Assembly: GCA_966095775.1 (NCBI GenBank) | Contig: CBHTTS010000001.1 | Location: forward strand, 4,408 to 68,407 | Direction of reading: 5' to 3' | Source: an uncultured Variovorax sp. | Lineage (GTDB): Bacteria; Pseudomonadota; Gammaproteobacteria; Burkholderiales; Burkholderiaceae_C | DNA: 64,000 bases | Shown: positions 9,709 to 19,240 of the stretch, piece by piece | Layout: the number at the start of each line of letters is the position of its first letter | Position numbering within the stretch: the stretch's first letter is position 1 | Position numbers and translations under genes: made by a program | Notes under the pieces: generated by a model | What the model saw: the letters and a program-made list of their open reading frames with translations, nothing else | Told to the model about the DNA's origin: nothing | The model's database searches: none

Positions 9709-11028
9709 ATGAGCGCAAGCGACGAAAAATCGATCCGCAGGGTCGTGGTGTCGGCCCTGGTGGGCGCGACCATCGAGTGGTACGACTTCTTCCTCTACGG
9801 CGTGGTGGCCGGAATCGTGTTCAACAAGCTCTATTTCCCCGGCGACGACCCGGTGGTGTCGACCTTGCTGGCCTACACCACCTTCGCCGTGGGCTTCGTG
9901 ACGCGGCCGCTGGGCGGCGTGATCTTCGGCCACTTCGGCGACAAGATCGGCCGCAAGAGCATGCTCGTGATCACGCTGATGATCATGGGCGTCGCCACCT
10001 TCCTGATCGGGCTGGTGCCGACCTACGCGCAGATCGGCATCGCGGCGCCGCTGCTGCTGCTCTTGCTGCGCATCGCGCAGGGCATCGGCCTGGGCGGCGA
10101 ATGGGGCGGCGCGGTGCTCATGGCCTACGAGTACGCGCCGAAGCACAAGCGCGGCTTCTACGCCTCGCTGCCGCAGATCGGCCTCGCGATCGGGCTGTGC
10201 ATGGCCTCGGGCGTGGTGGCGCTCCTGTCGTGGCTGCTGACCGACGAGCAGTTCCTCGCATGGGGCTGGCGCATCGCCTTCCTGCTCTCGGGCGCGATGG
10301 TGGCGGTGGGCATGTACATCCGCCTGCACGTGCAGGAGACGCCCGAGTTCGCCGCGGTGAAGGCGCGCAACGCCGAGCTGCGCATCCCCTTCATGGACAT
10401 GCTCAGGCGCTACCCGGGCAACGTGCTCAAGGGCATGGGCGCGCGCTACATCGACGGCGTGTTCTTCAACATCTTCGGCGTGTTCTCGATCAACTACCTG
10501 ACGAACACGCTCAAGATCGGACGCACCGATGCGTTGCTCGGCGTGATGGCCGCGGCCGTGGTGATGATCTTCTTCATCCCGCTGTTCGGCCGCATGTCCG
10601 ACCGCATGGGGCGCGGCCGGGTCTACATGTGGGGCTCGCTGATCACGGCGGTGTCGGCCTTCCCGGGCTTCTGGCTCATGATGAACAGCGGCGGCAGCGT
10701 GCTGCTGGTGTGGATCGCGATCATCGTGCCCTTCGGCATCCTCTACGCCTCGGTCTACGGGCCCGAGGCCGCGCTGTTCTGCGACCTGTTCGACGCCAAG
10801 GTGCGCTACACCGGCATCTCCTTCGTCTACCAGTTCTCGGGCATCTTCGCCTCGGGCATCACACCGATCATCGCGACCGCGCTGCTCAAGTCGGGCGGCG
10901 GCGCGCCGTGGCAGATCTGCCTCTACGTGCTGTTCGCGGGCGCGGTGTCGGCCTTCTGCGCCTGGCTCATCGGGCGCAGCGCCTCGCCGGCCGATGCGCA
11001 CGCCGAGGCGGCGCAGCCGGCGCGTTAG
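9709..11028 (+). CDS. MFS transporter, metabolite:H+ symporter family
   Basis: IEWYDFFLYG, GDKIGRK, GGEWGGA, WGWRIAF. Confidence 0.93.
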   Translation: MSASDEKSIRRVVVSALVGATIEWYDFFLYGVVAGIVFNKLYFPGDDPVVSTLLAYTTFAVGFVTRPLGGVIFGHFGDKIGRKSMLVITLMIMGVATFLIGLVPTYAQIGIAAPLLLLLLRIAQGIGLGGEWGGAVLMAYEYAPKHKRGFYASLPQIGLAIGLCMASGVVALLSWLLTDEQFLAWGWRIAFLLSGAMVAVGMYIRLHVQETPEFAAVKARNAELRIPFMDMLRRYPGNVLKGMGARYIDGVFFNIFGVFSINYLTNTLKIGRTDALLGVMAAAVVMIFFIPLFGRMSDRMGRGRVYMWGSLITAVSAFPGFWLMMNSGGSVLLVWIAIIVPFGILYASVYGPEAALFCDLFDAKVRYTGISFVYQFSGIFASGITPIIATALLKSGGGAPWQICLYVLFAGAVSAFCAWLIGRSASPADAHAEAAQPAR

Positions 11029-12305
11029 CCCCGGCCGCCGGGGGCGTGCCGCAGCGTGAACAGCCCCACGTCGACGCGCCCGGCGCGGAAGCCCGCCTCG
11101 CAGTAGCAGAGGTAGTACTCCCAGAGCCGCCGGAAGGCGGCGTCGAAGCCCAGCGGCTCGATCGCCGGCCAGGCCGCGAGGAAGCGGCGCCGCCATTCGG
11201 CGAGCGTGGCGGCATAGCTCGCGCCGAAGGACTCGGCCCGCTCGATCACGAGCCCGGCGCGCGCCGCCTGCGCCTCGAGCGCGGCCACCGAGGGCAGCAT
11301 GCCGCCTGGGAAGATGAAGCGCTGGATGAAGTCGGGGCTGCGGCGGTAGCGCTCGAACTGCGCATCGGCGATCGTGATCGCCTGCACCACTGCCACGCCG
11401 CCCGGCGCCAGCCGCTCGCGCAGCGTGTCGAAGTACACCGGCCAGTAGCGCTCGCCCACGGCCTCGACCATCTCGATCGAGACGATGCGATCGTAGCGTC
11501 CCTCGACGTCGCGGTAGTCCTGCAGGCGCAGGTCGAGCTGCGCCGCGAGCCCTTCCTCGTCGGCGCGCCGGCGCGCATGCGCGAGCTGCTCGGCCGAGAG
11601 CGTGAGGCCGGTCACGCGCGCGCCGTGGCCGCGCGCCAGCGCGAGCGCGAGCGCGCCCCAGCCGCAGCCGATCTCGAGCACTCGAGCGCCCTCGCCCGGC
11701 GCGAGCAGCTCGACGATGCGCGCCAGCTTCGCGGCCTGCGCCTGCTCGAGCGTCTCGCCGCCGGTGATGTAGAGGGCGCTCGAATAGATCAGCTCCGCAT
11801 CGAGCCACTGCGCATAGAAGGCGTTGCCGATGTCGTAGTGGAAGGCGATGTTCTGCCGGCTGCCGCGGCGCGTGTTGGCGCGCAGGCGGTGCAGCGCGCG
11901 GCCGAACCACTTCGCGGGCAGCGAAGGCTCGGCCACGCCCGCGCAGCCGGCCTCGTTGCGGATGCCGAACTCCAGCAGCGCGCTCAGGTCCGGGCTCGAC
12001 CAGTCGCCGTCGCGCCAGGACTCGGCCAGGCCGATGTCGCCGCGCAGCAGCATGCGCGCGACCGGCCGCCAGCGGTGCAGCCGGATCCCCGCGGGCCCCC
12101 CCCCGCCCCCCCCCCCCCCCCGCCGGGGCCCCCCGCGGCCCCGCGCGCGGCCGGCCCCGCCGCAGCGCACTTCGCCGAGCAGGCGCAGCAGCATCCGCCG
12201 CAGCGGCCGGCGGCGCCAGCCGCCGCGGGCGAAGGCGACCGGCGGCTCGAGGACGGCGCCGGCTTCCAGGCCGTTCGGCGACGAGGGAAAGGGAGAAGTG
12301 CTCAT
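11025..12305 (-). CDS. cfa: Cyclopropane-fatty-acyl-phospholipid synthase family methyltransferase (UfaM-like)
   Basis: NIAFHYDIGN, LEIGCGWG, SIEMVEAVG, IFPGG, WEYYLCYCEAGF. Contains a suspicious all-G/C stretch at 12087-12163. Confidence 0.88.
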   Translation of the reverse strand: MSTSPFPSSPNGLEAGAVLEPPVAFARGGWRRRPLRRMLLRLLGEVRCGGAGRARGRGGPRRGGGGGGGGPAGIRLHRWRPVARMLLRGDIGLAESWRDGDWSSPDLSALLEFGIRNEAGCAGVAEPSLPAKWFGRALHRLRANTRRGSRQNIAFHYDIGNAFYAQWLDAELIYSSALYITGGETLEQAQAAKLARIVELLAPGEGARVLEIGCGWGALALALARGHGARVTGLTLSAEQLAHARRRADEEGLAAQLDLRLQDYRDVEGRYDRIVSIEMVEAVGERYWPVYFDTLRERLAPGGVAVVQAITIADAQFERYRRSPDFIQRFIFPGGMLPSVAALEAQAARAGLVIERAESFGASYAATLAEWRRRFLAAWPAIEPLGFDAAFRRLWEYYLCYCEAGFRAGRVDVGLFTLRHAPGGRG

Positions 12306-12330
12306 GGTTCTTTTTTCTCTGTACGCAGGC

Positions 12331-13125
12331 TCATGCGTCCTTGCTTGCGACGATGCTCACCGGCTGCCCCGGGGCGGGCGGGCACGCGCGGAAGCGCGCG
12401 CCCTTGATCCACAGCCGCAGCGCCTCCCAGTGGATGGCGGCCACCACCTTCAGCGTCAGCAGCGGATGGGTGAGGAAGACCCGCGCCAGCGCCGCATCGC
12501 CGAGCGGCCGGCGCTGCGCGTCGAAGCGCGCGGCCAGCACCGGCCCCTCGGCGTCGGAGGCGGTGATGGCGAGCGCCATGCCGGGCCGCTGCGCGCCGGG
12601 CAGCGCGACGCGGAAGGCATAGCGCATGTCGAGGTCGAGAAACGGCGAGACGTGGAACTGCTTGGCGCACTGCTGCGCGACGTGCCCGCCGTGGCGCTCG
12701 GCCTCGTCCACCGGGATCAGGTAGCTGTGGCGCTGGCCGAAGGTGTTGTTGACCTCGTAGAGCACCGCCTGCAGGCCGCCCTCGGGGTGGTCGCAGAAGT
12801 ACACGCTGAGCGGGTTGAAGACATGGCCCAGGATGCGCGGCATGGTCAGGAGCCGGATCGTGCCGCCGGTGCGCAGGCCCGCGGCCTGCAGCTGGCGCTC
12901 CACGTGCGCGCGCAGCCCGAGGCCGTCGCCCGCGCCGTGGTCGCGCGCATGCAGGCTGAACAGGTTGAAGCGGTCGAACGAGAACAGCCGCAGCCTGCGC
13001 GACAGTGCCGGCAGCTCGTCGATGTCCACCAGCATCGAGAACACGCGGTAGCGCAGCCGGTGCCGCGCCGGCCGCAGCCGCTGGTGCATGACGCGGCCGA
13101 CGTAGAGCGCGCAGTGCTCGCTCAC
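12331..13125 (-). CDS. DUF1365 protein (UfaO/RSP1090-like)
   Basis: GTG start overlapping the upstream stop; LYVGRVMHQR, FNPLSVYFC, EVNNTFGQRHSY, KQFHVSPF, IHWEALRLW. Confidence 0.9.
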   Translation of the reverse strand: MSEHCALYVGRVMHQRLRPARHRLRYRVFSMLVDIDELPALSRRLRLFSFDRFNLFSLHARDHGAGDGLGLRAHVERQLQAAGLRTGGTIRLLTMPRILGHVFNPLSVYFCDHPEGGLQAVLYEVNNTFGQRHSYLIPVDEAERHGGHVAQQCAKQFHVSPFLDLDMRYAFRVALPGAQRPGMALAITASDAEGPVLAARFDAQRRPLGDAALARVFLTHPLLTLKVVAAIHWEALRLWIKGARFRACPPAPGQPVSIVASKDA

Positions 13126-14501
13126 GCCGCGGCCTCCGCCGCGAGGCGCGGGCGCAGCCGGATGCGGCCCGACTCGTCGGCCACCTGCCATGGGCGGCGC
13201 ACGCCGCCGAGCGCCTCGGCCACCGCCAGGCCCGCCTGCAGCCCGTCCTCGTGGAAGCCGGCGCCGAAGTACGCGCCGCAGAACCAGGTGCGGCGCTGGC
13301 CCTGCAGCGACCAGAGCGCATCCTGCGCGCGCAGCGCCGCGGCGTCGAACACCGGATGCTCGTAGACCTCGCTGCGCACCAGGTGCTCGGGCGCGGGTTC
13401 GCGCGCCGGGTTCAGCGTGAGGAAGAGCGGCGTGGCGTCGGCGATGCCCTGCAGCCGGTTCATCCAGTAGGTCACGCAGGGCGCGCCGCCATCGCGCCGG
13501 TCGGCGGCGTAGTTCCAGCTCGACCAGGCCGCGCGCCGCCGCGGCATCAGCGCCGGGTCGCTGTGCAGCACCGCGCGGTTGCGGGTGTAGCCGAAGGCGC
13601 CGAGCAGCCGCGTCTCGGCGCCGCTCGCGTCGGGCAGCAGGCGCAGCGCCTGGTCGGCATGGGTGGCGATCACCACATGGTCGAAGCGCCGCGGCGCGGC
13701 CTGCCCCTCCGCGTGCACGTGCACGCCGTCGGGCTCGCGCCGCACGGCGAGCGCGGCGCTGTCCAGGCGCAGCGGCTCGGCGATGCCCGCGACCAGCCGC
13801 GCCACGTAGCGCGCGCTGCCGCCGCTCACGGTGCGCCAGCGCGGCCGCGCGCCGAGGCTCAGCAGGTGGTGGTTCTCGCAGAAGCGCACGAAGGCCTCGG
13901 TCGGGTAGTCGCCGATGCGCGCGGCCGGCGTCGACCAGATCGCCGCCGCCATCGGGTAGAGGTGGTCGTCGCGGAAGGCGCGGCCGTAGCCGCGCGCGTC
14001 GAGGTAGCGGTCGAGCGGCTGCAGCCCGAAGCGCTCGGCGTCGGCCGGCGCCTGGCGGTAGAAGCGCACCAGCTCGCGCAGCATGGCCCAGAAGCGCGGG
14101 CGCAGGAGGTTGGCGGGCTGCGCGAACAGCCCGCGCAGGCCGCTGCCCGAATACTCGAGCGCCCCGCCGTCGAGGCTCACGGCGAAGGACATCTCGGTCG
14201 GCTGCGTCGCCACCCCGAGGTGCGCGAACAGCGCCGTGAGGTTGGGATAGGCGGGCTCGTTGTAGACGATGAAGCCGGTGTCGACCGGCACCGCCGCGGC
14301 CTCGGCGCCCGCGAGCACGGTGTTGCTGTGGCCGCCGGGCCGCGCGTCGGCCTCGTACACCGTCACCCGGTGGCGCTGCGACAGCAGCCAGGCCGCCGAC
14401 AGGCCCGAGATGCCGCTTCCGATCACCGCGATGTCGAGCGCGGCTCCCTCCGGGGCGCGGGTGGGCGGCGGGGGCGCGTCGGGGGCGGCGGCAAGGGTCA
14501 T
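13122..14501 (-). CDS. FAD-dependent oxidoreductase, COG2907 type (UfaD/RSP1091-like)
   Basis: IAVIGSGISGL, VDTGFIVYN..YPNL, WSSWNY, GAYFGAGFHEDG. Confidence 0.9.
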   Translation of the reverse strand: MTLAAAPDAPPPPTRAPEGAALDIAVIGSGISGLSAAWLLSQRHRVTVYEADARPGGHSNTVLAGAEAAAVPVDTGFIVYNEPAYPNLTALFAHLGVATQPTEMSFAVSLDGGALEYSGSGLRGLFAQPANLLRPRFWAMLRELVRFYRQAPADAERFGLQPLDRYLDARGYGRAFRDDHLYPMAAAIWSTPAARIGDYPTEAFVRFCENHHLLSLGARPRWRTVSGGSARYVARLVAGIAEPLRLDSAALAVRREPDGVHVHAEGQAAPRRFDHVVIATHADQALRLLPDASGAETRLLGAFGYTRNRAVLHSDPALMPRRRAAWSSWNYAADRRDGGAPCVTYWMNRLQGIADATPLFLTLNPAREPAPEHLVRSEVYEHPVFDAAALRAQDALWSLQGQRRTWFCGAYFGAGFHEDGLQAGLAVAEALGGVRRPWQVADESGRIRLRPRLAAEAAA

Positions 14502-14532
14502 GAAGGCTCCGGAAACAACATGTAGCCGCTTG

Positions 14533-14558
14533 TACGCGGCCGCCCGCGTTTTGGATTT
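14533..14558 (-). promoter_or_regulatory. Putative RpoE(ChrR-type) promoter of the FAD-DUF1365-cfa operon
   Basis: Minus strand AAATCC-N15-GCGTA, 32 nt upstream of ATG 14501; same spacing as the opposite-strand site. Confidence 0.6.
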
Positions 14559-14586
14559 TCTGCGCCGCGTCCCTTCGCGGCCGCTG

Positions 14587-14612
14587 TGATCTAATCCGGC
14601 CGGCGGTGCGTA
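14587..14612 (+). promoter_or_regulatory. Putative autoregulatory RpoE promoter
   Basis: TGATCT-N15-GCGTA resembles the TGATCC...CGTA consensus of RpoE-ChrR sigma factors. Confidence 0.7.
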
Positions 14613-14621
14613 GGACGCAGC

Positions 14622-15287
14622 ATGAGCACCGTCCGACACTCCCAGGGGCCCGGCCTCGCGCGGCCCCGAACGCGAGCCCCCTGGCTGTCGATGGTGACAC
14701 TGCATCAAGGCCGCGACGCGATGCCGACAAGCGAAGAACTCAACTGCCTGGCCGAAGCCGTGGCGCGCCGGGGCGACAGGCAGGCCTTCGCCGCGCTGTT
14801 CAAGCATTTCGCGCCGCGCGTGAAGTCCTACCTGATGCGGCTCGGCACCTCCGAGGGCCTGGCCGAGGAGCTGGCGCAGGAGGCGATGGTGAGCCTGTGG
14901 CGCAAGGCCGCGGGCTTCGATGCCGGCCGCGCCAACGTCTCGACCTGGATCTTCACCATCGCGCGCAACCTGCGGGTGGACCATTTCCGGCGGGTCGGCA
15001 ACCGCGCCACGCACGATGCGGACGAGTTCGACGGCGACGAGACGGCCGACGACGCGCTTGCGCAGCCCGACGAGCTGCTGCTCGCGCGCGAGCGAGAGGC
15101 CGGCGTGCGCGAGGCGATCGCGCGGCTGCCGGCCGAGCAGGCGCAGGTGCTGCGCCTTTCCTTCTACGAGGAGCAGCCGCATTCGCAGATCGCCGAAGCA
15201 CTGGGCCTGCCGCTGGGCACCGTCAAGTCGCGCGTGCGCCTCGCGGTCCGCCATCTGCGGCGGCTGCTCGACGGATTCGAACCATGA
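14622..15287 (+). CDS. rpoE: ECF sigma factor, RpoE (ChrR-coupled); start uncertain (14622/14691/14721)
   Basis: DRQAFAALF.HFAPRVKSYL, AEELAQE, STWIFTIARN, LPLGTVKSRVRLA; followed by chrR. Confidence 0.9.
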   Translation: MSTVRHSQGPGLARPRTRAPWLSMVTLHQGRDAMPTSEELNCLAEAVARRGDRQAFAALFKHFAPRVKSYLMRLGTSEGLAEELAQEAMVSLWRKAAGFDAGRANVSTWIFTIARNLRVDHFRRVGNRATHDADEFDGDETADDALAQPDELLLAREREAGVREAIARLPAEQAQVLRLSFYEEQPHSQIAEALGLPLGTVKSRVRLAVRHLRRLLDGFEP

Positions 15288-15940
15288 CCATTCAACACCA
15301 CCCTGGCGACGAACTGCTGCTGGCCCATGCGGCCGGCAGCCTCGAGCGCGGACATTCGGTGGTCGTCGCGAGCCACATCGAAGGCTGCGCGCATTGCCGC
15401 GAACGCCTGCGCGTGCTCGAGGCCGCGGGCGGCGTGCTGCTCGAGGAGCTGCCGCCGCAGCCCATGGCCCCCGATGCGCTCGCGCGCACCCTGGCCGCGA
15501 TCGACGCCCCGCCGCCCCCGCCCCGCCCTGCGGCCGCGCCGCTGCGCCGGCCCGCCCTGCCACCGGGCGCGACCTGGCCGCGCGCGCTCGCGGGCTGCCC
15601 CGCCACGCCCTGGCGCTGGCTCGGCCCCGGCATGCGCTGGAGCCGCGTGACGCTGCCCGACGATCCCGCCGCCAACGTCTTCCTGCTGCGCATCGCCGCG
15701 GGCAAGAACCTGCCGATGCACACCCACAGCGATTCCGAGCTCACGCAGGTGATCCACGGCGCCTTCCACGACGGCCGCGCGCTGTTCGGCCCGGGCGATT
15801 TCGACGAGGCCGACGGCAGCTTCCACCACCAGCCCGTGGTGCAGGCGGGCGGCGAATGCATCTGCCTCGCGTCGGTGCGCGGGCGGGTGCTGTTCAACGG
15901 CGTGATCGCGCGGACGCTGGGGGCGCTGGTCGGGATGTGA
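15284..15940 (+). CDS. chrR: ChrR family anti-sigma-E factor
   Basis: HHP...L..HAAGSL, HxxxCxxC ZAS motif (HIEGCAHC), C-terminal cupin (PMHTH, ELTQVI.G, HQP). Confidence 0.92.
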   Translation: MTIQHHPGDELLLAHAAGSLERGHSVVVASHIEGCAHCRERLRVLEAAGGVLLEELPPQPMAPDALARTLAAIDAPPPPPRPAAAPLRRPALPPGATWPRALAGCPATPWRWLGPGMRWSRVTLPDDPAANVFLLRIAAGKNLPMHTHSDSELTQVIHGAFHDGRALFGPGDFDEADGSFHHQPVVQAGGECICLASVRGRVLFNGVIARTLGALVGM

Positions 15941-15958
15941 GGTGAGGCGGCGAAGGCC

Positions 15959-16270
15959 CTAGTAGCCCGGCACCCAGGGCTCCTGCTCGATCGCCGCGAT
16001 GTCCCCTTCGGCCAGACGGCGCCACAGCGCGAGGATCCTGGCGGCCGGCACGCCGTCCATGTGGCGCTCTCCCCCGGACTCCAGGTTCTCGAACGTGACG
16101 CGGCCGCCGCGCGCGACCGACATGCACCATTCGGACTCGTGCGTCACGGCGACGGTGCCGTGCTCGGTGTCGCCGGGCCGATCGTCGAGTTCGCGCAGCA
16201 ACGCCGGAAAGTCCGACGAGGAATCGCCGCGGCTCATGCGGCCATAGCGATGGGTCAGGTGGAAGGCCAT
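15959..16270 (-). CDS. Small hypothetical protein (103 aa)
   Basis: Compact acidic ORF (LLRELDDRPGDTEHGTVAVTHESEW...W.PGY) filling the gap between chrR and dctM. Confidence 0.65.
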   Translation of the reverse strand: MAFHLTHRYGRMSRGDSSSDFPALLRELDDRPGDTEHGTVAVTHESEWCMSVARGGRVTFENLESGGERHMDGVPAARILALWRRLAEGDIAAIEQEPWVPGY

Positions 16271-16383
16271 GGTCGAGGTCGGTCGGGTGGCAACGTCGAG
16301 GGCTCCGCGGAACTGCCGGCGCCGGGCCGGATTCTGCCGCAGGCCGCCGGATCGCGCCGCCCCCCGCCGGCCGTACCGGCCCG

Positions 16384-17685
16384 CTACCCCGTGTAGCCCG
16401 CCAGCCGCGGCAGGAACAGCACCGTCTGCGGCCACACCGTGACGATCGCGAGCGCGCCGATCATCACGACGAGGAACGGAAACGACTCGCGCACCAGCAC
16501 CATCAGCGGGACCTCGGCGATCTTGCTCATCATGAACAGCAGCAGGCCGTAGGGCGGCGTGACGAGGCCGATCATGATGTTGAGCACCGCCATCACGCCG
16601 AAGTGCACCGGGTCGATGCCGAGCGCGGTGGCGGTGGGCAGCAGCACGGGCAGGATCACGAGGATGATGGTCGAGCCTTCGAGGAACGCGCCGAGCACCA
16701 GCAGGATCAGGTTGACCAGCAGCAGGAAGGCCATCGGCGAGAGGCTCAGCCCCTTCATCGCGGTGCTGAGCGCGGCCGGGATGTTCTCGGAGGTGATGAC
16801 GTAGTTGAACACCATCGCGCCCGCGATCAGCATGCCGATCGAGATGCTCATGCGCGCGCTCGACAGCAGCGACTGGTAGAGGTCGGCCCAGCGCATGCTG
16901 CGGTAGAGCGCCACCGAGATCAGCAGCGCATAGGCGGCCGCGATGCCCGCCGCCTCGGTGGGCGTGGTCACGCCGCTGTAGAGGCAGCCGAGCAGGATCA
17001 CCGGCAGCATCAGCGCGGGCAGCGCCTCGCGCGTGATGCGGGGCATCTCGGCGAGCGGCACGCCGGGCTCGACGGGGAAGCGGCGGCGCCGCGCGAGCAG
17101 GTAGATCAGCGCCATCTGCACCGCGCCGAGCAGCAGGCCCGGCAGCACGCCGCCGATGAACAGATAGCCGATCGAGGTGCCCGAGACGAGCGCGTAGAGC
17201 ACGAGCGGGATCGAGGGCGGCAGGATCGGGCCGATCACCGACGACACGGCGCTCAGCGCGGCGGCGAAGCCCGGCGTGTACTTGCCGTCGCGCGTCATCA
17301 TGGCCTGCATCAGCTTGCCCGAGCCCGCGGCGTCGGCGAGCGCCGAACCCGACATGCTCGCGAACACCACGCTCTGCAGCACGTTGACCTGCGCCAGGCC
17401 GCCGGGAAAGCGGCCCACGATCGCATTGCAGAAGCGCAGCAGCCGGTCGAGCACGCTGCCCGAGCTCATGATCGTGGCCGCGAGGATGAACAGCGGGATC
17501 GCGAGCAGCAGGTAGCTCTGGTAGGTGCCGTTGAGCAGCTGCTCGGCCGCGGCGCCCATGTCCATCCCCTTGAGGTAGAGATAGAGCACGGAGCCCGCGA
17601 TCATCGCGTGGCCGACGGGCGCGCCGAGCAGGCTCAGCGCCACGATGGCGGCGAGCGCCAGCGAGAGAGGACTGGTGAGGTTCAC
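16384..17685 (-). CDS. TRAP transporter large permease DctM
   Basis: LAIPLFILA, SGSALADA, ILPPSIP, TPTEAA, GIDPVHFG, GLVTPPYG. Confidence 0.95.
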   Translation of the reverse strand: MNLTSPLSLALAAIVALSLLGAPVGHAMIAGSVLYLYLKGMDMGAAAEQLLNGTYQSYLLLAIPLFILAATIMSSGSVLDRLLRFCNAIVGRFPGGLAQVNVLQSVVFASMSGSALADAAGSGKLMQAMMTRDGKYTPGFAAALSAVSSVIGPILPPSIPLVLYALVSGTSIGYLFIGGVLPGLLLGAVQMALIYLLARRRRFPVEPGVPLAEMPRITREALPALMLPVILLGCLYSGVTTPTEAAGIAAAYALLISVALYRSMRWADLYQSLLSSARMSISIGMLIAGAMVFNYVITSENIPAALSTAMKGLSLSPMAFLLLVNLILLVLGAFLEGSTIILVILPVLLPTATALGIDPVHFGVMAVLNIMIGLVTPPYGLLLFMMSKIAEVPLMVLVRESFPFLVVMIGALAIVTVWPQTVLFLPRLAGYTG

Positions 17686-18209
17686 AGGGCGGACGCGGGC
17701 GCGTTGGTGTCGGCGGGCGCCGGCGGGTCCGCGGGCCCGCGCACGAGCTGGCGCAGGCCGCGGGCGATCACGGCGACGACGAAGACGAGGTAGATGGCAT
17801 AGAGCACGTCCATGCGGATGCCGAGGTACGAGCTCTTCTCGACCTTCATGAAGCTGATGTACGCGTACGAGGCAGGCAGCGACATGCCGAACAGCACGAT
17901 CACGCCGAGCGCGGCCACGGCGCCGCCGATGCGGCGCAGGCGCCGGCTCCGCGCGCCCGCGAGCAGGTCGATGCGGATCTCCTCCTCGTCGCGCAGCACG
18001 AAGGCCGCGCCCCAGAGCACCAGCCAGAGCCAGGCCACGAGCGAGACCTCGGCGGTCCAGCCGACCGGCCAGTTGAACAGGTAGCGCAGCGCGATCTGCA
18101 GGATGAAGGCGACGAAGATCACCGCGAGCAGCGCCGCCGCGACCGCCTCGGCGAAGCGGTGCAGCGCGCCGAGGGCGCGGCCGGCGCCGGAGGTCGAGGG
18201 CGCCTTCAT
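17682..18209 (-). CDS. TRAP transporter small permease DctQ
   Basis: Four TM segments, LRYLFNWPVGW.AE; ATGA overlap with dctP. Confidence 0.9.
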   Translation of the reverse strand: MKAPSTSGAGRALGALHRFAEAVAAALLAVIFVAFILQIALRYLFNWPVGWTAEVSLVAWLWLVLWGAAFVLRDEEEIRIDLLAGARSRRLRRIGGAVAALGVIVLFGMSLPASYAYISFMKVEKSSYLGIRMDVLYAIYLVFVVAVIARGLRQLVRGPADPPAPADTNAPASAL

Positions 18210-19195
18210 TTCATCGCGTTGATCTTGTCGAGCATGCCGCTCGGCCAGTTCTTCGCGTCCTCGGACGCGAGGTACGCCTTCTGCGCATGGGCCCGGAAGG
18301 CCGCGATGTCGGGGACGTAGACCTCGAGCCCCTGCTTGCGGAAGCCCTCGGCGAGCTCGGCCTCGCGCTTCAGGTGCTCGGCCGTGCTCCAGGCGATGGC
18401 CTTGTCGGCCGCGGCCTGGAAGCTGCGCTGCCTGGCCACGCCCATGCCCTGCCAGGTCTTCATGTTGACCGCGAGCAGGTCGAAGGCCACCAGGTGCGAG
18501 GTCAACACGATCTGCGACATCACCTCGTTGAACTTCATGTTCTGCACGTTCGGCAGCGGGTTGTCCTGGCCGTCGATGGCGCCGGTCTGCAGGCCGGTGT
18601 AGGTCTCGGCGTAGGCCATGGGCGTGGGGTTGGCGCCGAGCGAGCGGCCGAGCATCTGCCAGGTATCGCCCGGCGGCATGCGCAGCTTCACGCCCGCGAG
18701 GTCGGCCGGCACCTGCACGCGCTTCTTCGACTTGAGGCCGACGTGGCGCGTGCCGAAGAAGGTCGGCCCGAGGATCTTCACCTTGAGCTGGTCCTCCACC
18801 ATCTTCTTCATCTGCGCGCCGAGGTCGCCGGCGAAGAACTGGTTCAGGTGGTTGGCGTCGCGGAACAGGTAGGCCGAGGTCAGCAGCGACCAGGCGGGCA
18901 CCTGCTTGGAGATGTCCTGCGGCGCGATGTTGCCCATCTCGAGGTTGTCGCGCTGCAGCGCGACCAGCTCGGTGCCCTGGCGGAACAGCGTGGAGTTGAG
19001 GAACAGCTCGATCTTGAAGTCGGCCTCCACGTCCTTGGCGAACTGCCGCATCATGTCGGCGCGGATGTCCTTGTCCGAGAACACCGCGGCGAAGCGCAGC
19101 GTGGGCGGGCTCTGGGCCCAGGCCGGCAGCGCGGCGCCCGCGGCCAGCGCGGCGCCCGCGCCGAGCAGGCGGCGGCGGTCGATCGACGTGTTCAT
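18206..19195 (-). CDS. TRAP substrate-binding protein DctP (Tat signal)
   Basis: RRRLL Tat motif; DLAGVKLRMP, LGANPTPM, LQTGAIDGQDNP. Confidence 0.93.
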   Translation of the reverse strand: MNTSIDRRRLLGAGAALAAGAALPAWAQSPPTLRFAAVFSDKDIRADMMRQFAKDVEADFKIELFLNSTLFRQGTELVALQRDNLEMGNIAPQDISKQVPAWSLLTSAYLFRDANHLNQFFAGDLGAQMKKMVEDQLKVKILGPTFFGTRHVGLKSKKRVQVPADLAGVKLRMPPGDTWQMLGRSLGANPTPMAYAETYTGLQTGAIDGQDNPLPNVQNMKFNEVMSQIVLTSHLVAFDLLAVNMKTWQGMGVARQRSFQAAADKAIAWSTAEHLKREAELAEGFRKQGLEVYVPDIAAFRAHAQKAYLASEDAKNWPSGMLDKINAMK

Positions 19196-19240
19196 GATGC
19201 TGTCTCCTCTTTGTCGTTTCGAAATCGGGGCGGTCGGATG

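Noticed and set aside
12319-12350. Possible third sigmaE promoter before cfa (GCGTA on the minus strand)
   Set aside because: No TGATCC-like -35 at the 15-nt spacing.
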